From an uncultured bacterium (GTDB taxonomy: Bacteria > Cyanobacteriota > Cyanobacteriia > Cyanobacteriales > Chroococcidiopsidaceae), in assembly GCA_964250875.1 (NCBI GenBank), contig CAXUIV010000117.1, positions 1-10,125 of the forward strand: a DNA stretch of 10,125 nucleotides. The letters run 5' to 3'. Position numbers and translations under genes: made by a program. The notes below the pieces were generated by a model that had not been told where the DNA came from, did not search any database, and worked only from the letters and a program-made list of their open reading frames with translations. Shown piece by piece: positions 7,312 to 10,125 of the stretch (position 1 is the first letter of the stretch; each line of letters begins with the position of its first letter).

Positions 7312-7869
7312 GTGGCTGCTTACTGTTTTAATCCCGGTTGTCTAGCGCCCGAAAATGCTAGTTCAGATACATCCTGCCGTAGTTGTGGCGATGGTTTGCA
7401 GTTACAGGGACGCTATCAAGCCATTCAACTGCTTAGACAGGGAGGATTTGGCAGAACTTTCCTCGCGATTGATTCTGCTCAAACGCCTCCCTCTCCCTGC
7501 GTGATCAAGCAATTCTGGAACCATGTCAACTTACATTCTGATCGGGCTGAAGCATTCTACCTAGAACAGCGATTAGGTGAGTTAGGGAGTCACTCGCAAA
7601 TTCCGACACTGTTAGACAGCTTTGAGGAGGGCCACTTTTACCTAGTGCAAGAATATATTGCCGGGGAGAACCTAGCAACGATCCTTGCCACCAGTGGCCG
7701 ATTCAGTACGGATGCGGTTTGGCAAATTCTAGAGTGCCTGTTGCCTGTGCTGCAATTCATTCATGAACGAGGAGTTATTCATCGCGATATTAAGCCAGAG
7801 AATATCGTTTGTCGCTTTCGCCTAACTCCATTGCCCAAACAAGGATTTCAACGATTTAGTCCTGGTTGA
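7312..7869 (+). CDS. N-terminal fragment of a Ser/Thr protein kinase (4-Cys zinc ribbon plus kinase N-lobe and catalytic loop), truncated by a frame change
   Basis: The GTG start at 7312 lies 8 nt after the flotillin stop, preceded by gaggga. The N-terminus CFNPGCLAPENASSDTSCRSCG has the C-x-NP-x-C...C-x2-CG zinc-ribbon pattern common at the N-terminus of cyanobacterial Hanks kinases. Kinase motifs present are RQGGFGRTFLA (Gly-rich loop), CVIKQF (VAIK Lys), FYLVQEYIAGENL and HRDIKPENIV (catalytic loop). The ORF then reads CRFRLTPLPKQGFQRFSPG and stops at TGA 7867. The DFG motif lies in the +1 frame. Confidence 0.75.
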   Translation: MAAYCFNPGCLAPENASSDTSCRSCGDGLQLQGRYQAIQLLRQGGFGRTFLAIDSAQTPPSPCVIKQFWNHVNLHSDRAEAFYLEQRLGELGSHSQIPTLLDSFEEGHFYLVQEYIAGENLATILATSGRFSTDAVWQILECLLPVLQFIHERGVIHRDIKPENIVCRFRLTPLPKQGFQRFSPG

Positions 7870-7888
7870 CTTCGGTGCGGCAAAACTG

Positions 7889-9166
7889 ATGACTCCGACG
7901 ACGTTGACGCAGTTGGGAACGACGATCGGTAGTCCCGAATATGCGGCCCCTGAACAAGTGAAAGGTAGAGCAGTTTTCGCTAGCGATCTTTACAGTTTAG
8001 GTGTGACTTGCATTCACCTCCTAACCGGAGTTCGTCCTTTTGACCTGTTTGATTCTGCCAATGACACTTGGGTATGGCAAGATTTCTGGCTTCCAGAAGC
8101 GGTCAACTCTAACGCAGAGCGCAGCAGCCAACTGGTTCAAGTTTTAGGTCGCTTGGTAGAACCTGCCCTGAAGCAACGATTTACCTCAGCTGAAGCGGCG
8201 ATCGCGTTTATTCAACCGAGAGGGAAGATCCGATCCATACCTGCTGCCCCAGCCTGGAAATGCGACGTTACCCTTAATAGTCATAGTGGACTATTCGCTA
8301 GCGTCAATGCGGTAGCGATCGCACCTGATAACAAGTTGCTTGCCAGTGCCAGTGATGATAAAACCATACGGATTCGGGATCTGCAAACCGGGGAAGAATT
8401 AGCATTACGGGGGCACACCAAATTTGTCAAAGCTGTTGCTTTCCATCCCCAGACGCAGATCCTAGCTAGTGGCAGCTGTGATCGCACAATCAAGCTCTGG
8501 GACCAGCAACTGCAAGAAATTCGGATTTTGAGTCATCAGCATAGTGTCAATGCTTTGGCGTTCAGTTCCAGTGGACAGGTTCTTGCGAGCGGCAGCTCGG
8601 ACAAAACGGTAAAATTATGGCATCCCGACGGTAAGCAAATCGGGACGCTGGTAGGACATACCCTCGCTGTCAACGCTGTTGCCTTCAGTCCGGTTGCGCC
8701 GATCTTAGCTAGTGGCAGCTCTGATGCAACTATAAAAATCTGGGACTCAAGCTTTGAGCTGATACAAACCCTCATCGGACACACGTCGGCGGTTCGTGCG
8801 ATCGCCTTTAGTCCTGATGGTCAACTCCTAGCCACGGGCGGCGAAGATCGCACAATTCGCCTATGGGATGTCGCATCCTGGAAGTGCGTTCGCATTCTAC
8901 CCGGACATTCTTGGGCAGTCTCTGCCCTGACGTTTTCACCCGATGGATCACTGCTCAGCGGCAGTTGGGACAAGACGGTCAAGTTGTGGCAGACAAACAC
9001 GAGTAGCGAAATCGCACTGCTGGCCGATCACACAGATTCCGTCAACTGTGTGGCGATGGCGTCGGATGGCAGCTTTATTGCAAGTGGCAGCAAAGATAAA
9101 ACCGTGAAATTATGGCGGCCCACAGGCGAAGGGGGAAAGGCGAAGGGCGAAGGGGGAACTTCCTGA
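7889..9166 (+). CDS. C-terminal part of the same Ser/Thr kinase (DFG/APE activation segment and C-lobe) fused to a 7-bladed WD40 beta-propeller
   Basis: This frame is open from 7826 and reads LHCPNKDFNDLVLVDFGAAKL-M(7889)-TPTTLTQLGTTIGSPEYAAPEQVKG...DLYSLGVTCIHLLTGVRPF, covering kinase subdomains VII-IX and onward. Seven WD repeats follow between ~8276 and 9120: LASASDDKTIRIRD, LASGSCDRTIKLWD, LASGSSDKTVKLWH, LASGSSDATIKIWD, LATGGEDRTIRLWD, LLSGSWDKTVKLWQ and IASGSKDKTVKLWR. The C-terminal tail GEGGKAKGEGGTS is encoded by a GGCGAAG heptamer array. The ATG at 7889 is only the first Met of the frame. The true unit is probably one gene spanning 7312-9166, carrying a 1-nt frame change. Confidence 0.75.
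   Translation: MTPTTLTQLGTTIGSPEYAAPEQVKGRAVFASDLYSLGVTCIHLLTGVRPFDLFDSANDTWVWQDFWLPEAVNSNAERSSQLVQVLGRLVEPALKQRFTSAEAAIAFIQPRGKIRSIPAAPAWKCDVTLNSHSGLFASVNAVAIAPDNKLLASASDDKTIRIRDLQTGEELALRGHTKFVKAVAFHPQTQILASGSCDRTIKLWDQQLQEIRILSHQHSVNALAFSSSGQVLASGSSDKTVKLWHPDGKQIGTLVGHTLAVNAVAFSPVAPILASGSSDATIKIWDSSFELIQTLIGHTSAVRAIAFSPDGQLLATGGEDRTIRLWDVASWKCVRILPGHSWAVSALTFSPDGSLLSGSWDKTVKLWQTNTSSEIALLADHTDSVNCVAMASDGSFIASGSKDKTVKLWRPTGEGGKAKGEGGTS
9125..9159 (+). repeat. STRR-like heptanucleotide tandem repeat (GGCGAAG GGGGAAA GGCGAAG GGCGAAG GGGGAAC) forming the last codons of the WD40 gene
   Basis: Direct reading shows period 7. The array ends 5 nt before the TGA stop at 9164-9166. Confidence 0.85.
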
Positions 9167-9285
9167 ATAAATTCATTCTTCTTGCGAAAGGACGTCTATC
9201 ACCTTATTCCCAGCAATCTCGGTCCAAGTTTTTCTGATTTTCTACAGATAACTCCACTCTTGTTGTACCCGTGTAGCACTTACAC

Positions 9286-9353
9286 CTCTTCCCCCTTCCC
9301 TTTCGTCCTTCGTCCTTCGTCCTTCGCCTTTCCCCTTTCCCCCTTCCCCTTCC
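9286..9353 (+). repeat. pyrimidine-rich heptamer array (TTCGTCC x3, TTCGCC, TTTCCCC, TTTCCCCC, TTCCCC), the inverted copy of the 9125-9159 array
   Basis: The reverse complement reads GGGGAAGGGGGAAAGGGGAAAGGCGAAGGACGAAGGACGAAGGACGAA, sharing GAAGGGGGAAAGG and GGCGAAGG blocks with 9125-9159. It directly abuts the stop codon (cta at 9353-9355, = TAG on the minus strand) of the convergent RNase gene. Together the two arrays form a long imperfect inverted repeat around a spacer of about 125 nt, a candidate bidirectional terminator. Confidence 0.8.
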
Positions 9354-10125
9354 TAATTCGCCGTTGGCTGAACTTGGGAGTAAGTTAATTCCTGAAACTG
9401 AATGATGTCCTGACGGGGATCGACGTGACTTACCTTGACTAACAACTGTTCGCCTAAAGCTGCGGAACGCTTAAAGGACATCGGCAACTGTAAACCCAAA
9501 TCCTCAAGCAGGATCAGTCCTAAGCGGCTGTCTTCTCGCAGCCACATCAGCAGCAAAGTCTCCCACACCCGTTCACCCTGACGACGCAGGTATTCTAAAC
9601 CCCAATAGCGGTTGGTTTGCCGTTCCACTAGTGTGACCTCTTGGGTCGCTGTGGTGACACTCAGCATGACTTCTTTAAGTTGCTCAGCTGAGAAAGGGGG
9701 AGCTTCACCGCGTAGATGCGCCTTCAGTTGAAAGTGGGTAAGCAGATCGGTGTAGCGCCGGATAGGAGAAGTTGCTTGGGTGTATGTGTTTAAACCTAAA
9801 CCAGAGTGACGGGCTGCCGTAATGCTCATTTCGCTCCGAGCCATACACCGACGCATTGCACAGTCTCGCACGGGACCCGCTGGCAGCTGGAGTAACTCCT
9901 CCTCTGAAGGCAGTTCAGGCTGAGGCTGAGTCCGAAACGGCATGGCAAGGTTGTGGGTTTGACCGTATTGAGCGGCAACTTCACCAGCTAAAATCATCAT
10001 TTCCGCTACCAGTTGCCGTGATGATGAGTCCTCTAAAAGTTCAATTGTGATCTCGTCATCATGAACTTTAATCATTGCCTCTGGTAGGTGGATACTGATT
10101 GCTCCTTGAGTGTGCCGCCAAGCTT
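9353..10125 (-). CDS. RNase II / RNase R family 3'-5' exoribonuclease (RNB catalytic domain C-terminal part plus S1-like domain), 5'-truncated by the window edge
   Basis: The minus-strand ORF contains the RNB signature HSGLGLNTYTQATSPIRRYTDLLTHFQLKA (compare HFGLGL..YTHFTSPIRRYPDL..H.QL in RNase II/R). A C-terminal S1-like region (GERVWETLLLMWL...GLQLPMSFKRSAALGEQLLVKVSHVDP) follows. The frame stays open through 10076-10125 (..HTQGAISIHLPEA-M-IKVHDDE..), so the gene continues beyond the window. The listed Met at 10075 is not the start. Confidence 0.8.
   Translation of the reverse strand, partial: AWRHTQGAISIHLPEAMIKVHDDEITIELLEDSSSRQLVAEMMILAGEVAAQYGQTHNLAMPFRTQPQPELPSEEELLQLPAGPVRDCAMRRCMARSEMSITAARHSGLGLNTYTQATSPIRRYTDLLTHFQLKAHLRGEAPPFSAEQLKEVMLSVTTATQEVTLVERQTNRYWGLEYLRRQGERVWETLLLMWLREDSRLGLILLEDLGLQLPMSFKRSAALGEQLLVKVSHVDPRQDIIQFQELTYSQVQPTAN

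Noticed and set aside
7826-7866. Programmed +1 ribosomal frameshift joining the two kinase halves.
   Set aside because: There is no prfB-like context (no in-frame stop at the shift site with an upstream SD-like element). The candidate site is a plain CCCAAA homopolymer run. An indel, either a real mutation or a sequencing error, is the simpler explanation. It is kept as an open question in the findings.
5516-8784. ORFs 5516-5755 (+), 6063-6302 (-), 6559-6753 (-), 6924-7121 (-), 8281-8493 (-) and 8536-8784 (-).
   Set aside because: All are internal or antisense to the flotillin or WD40 CDSs, short, and without features. The antisense WD40 ones simply mirror the repeated WD codons. They are spurious.
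1024-9353. Short direct repeats as a possible CRISPR array.
   Set aside because: The repeats are 7-nt units in immediate tandem with no unique spacers, and the arrays are at most ~70 nt. These are STRR-type microsatellites, not CRISPR.
9182-9388. A 68-aa + strand ORF in the convergent intergenic region.
   Set aside because: Its sequence (PFPFVLRPSSFAFPLSPFPFLIRRW) is just the translation of the pyrimidine heptamer tract and overlaps the RNase gene end. It is spurious.

Overview
The window looks cyanobacterial. It carries about 15 copies of the HIP1 octamer GCGATCGC, and it has several STRR-like heptanucleotide tandem arrays (AACTCCG, TTGGATT, GGCAGTC, GGCGAAG and CTTCGTC-type), which are typical of filamentous cyanobacteria. 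Five genes run co-directionally on the + strand. (1) 39-2612: an 857-aa protein with a Sec-type signal peptide, N-terminal TPR repeats and a C-terminal CHAT caspase-like protease domain with an intact His/Cys dyad. (2) 2662-5097: a signal-peptide-bearing TpsA/filamentous-haemagglutinin-like exoprotein with a two-partner-secretion (TPS) domain, GGN(I/V)-type beta-helix repeats and a non-repetitive C-terminal region of about 120 aa. (3) 5322-7304: a large flotillin/YqiK-like SPFH (band 7) membrane protein. (4) and (5) 7312-7869 and 7889-9166: two pieces of what looks like a single Hanks-type Ser/Thr kinase fused to a 7-bladed WD40 propeller, with the usual cyanobacterial N-terminal 4-Cys zinc ribbon. 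The kinase is interrupted by a single-nucleotide frame change between the HRD catalytic loop and the DFG motif. A sixth gene on the minus strand (9353 to beyond the window edge) encodes the C-terminal part of an RNase II/R-family (RNB domain) exoribonuclease. It converges on the WD40 gene across a pair of inverted heptamer-repeat arrays. The most interesting hypothesis is that the secreted TPR-CHAT protease, the TPS-domain exoprotein, the flotillin and the kinase-WD40 gene form one envelope-associated, caspase-like signalling or conflict module, with a TpsB transporter expected just upstream of the window. No composition like this has been characterised, as far as I know. Three of the heptamer arrays lie inside coding sequence, where slipped-strand gain or loss of one 7-nt unit would frameshift the gene. 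There is no rRNA, tRNA, CRISPR array or obvious transposase in the window.
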